NCBI GenBank assembly: GCA_964016885.1
Contig: OZ024744.1
Span: 104,284,001-104,348,000 of the forward strand
DNA from: Eledone cirrhosa
Taxonomy: Eukaryota
DNA length: 64,000 nt
Direction of reading: 5' to 3'
Shown: positions 63,672 to 64,000 of the stretch, piece by piece
How the letters are laid out: every line of letters starts with the position of its first letter
Position numbering within the stretch: position 1 is the stretch's first letter
The notes under the pieces: model-generated
Database searches by the model: none
The model's input: only the letters and a program-made list of their open reading frames with translations
Told to the model about the DNA's origin: nothing
Program-made: the position numbers and the translations under genes

Positions 63672-64000
63672 TGTACTTTAGTGAAAATATTTGGCGTACA
63701 ACCCTCTACCAGTACTGCCACCCTAAATACTTAAATACTTCTGTTAAATAATTCAAATAAATACTTGTTAAATAATATCTAATAATACATCTGGACTTTA
63801 AATCTTTGGTTATTATTTTGTTCTGATTCAGTATTGTTTGTGTTTATTGTGTTATATACAGAGCTTTTCTTGTGCATTGTTTTGTTGGTAGAGTTCAGTT
63901 TAGATTACCAAGGCAACAAGAGAGAAGTAGTTTCAGGTCACGCTTACACCCTAATCAATATCTCATCTTGAGAGTGGGCAAAGATGATATTGGTGTTTCT
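63672..64000. repeat. Macrosatellite spacer copy 4 (deleted type, runs off window)
   Basis: Same deletion junction as copy 3. Confidence 0.97.

Overview
AT-rich animal genomic DNA, probably from an octopod cephalopod (inferred from the repeat families, not from a marker gene). It is almost entirely repeats. Region 1-40 kb is a dense nest of retroelements sorted by microsatellite target. Penelope-like elements (Naiad-type RT plus GIY-YIG) and RTE LINEs sit in (TA)n. R4/Dong-type RLE LINEs, a near full-length Tx1/L1-clade LINE and a tRNA-derived SINE form an orientation-polarised chain in (TTA)n at 13-29.4 kb. About 15 hammerhead ribozyme (HHR) motifs from about 9 unrelated sequence families can be read by eye, mostly inside short (TA)n-flanked fold-back insertions. 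They include a complete HHR at the apex of a 260-bp hairpin and three HHR families with greatly enlarged stem II. Two probable terminal exons of an unidentified host gene lie at 7079-7182 and 10513-10675. Region 40.9-64 kb is a hierarchical macrosatellite: a 40-bp dyad-containing monomer, a ~1.97-kb higher-order repeat, and a repeating [array + ~2-kb spacer] unit. No database searches or folding programs were run. Family assignments come from recognisable motifs.
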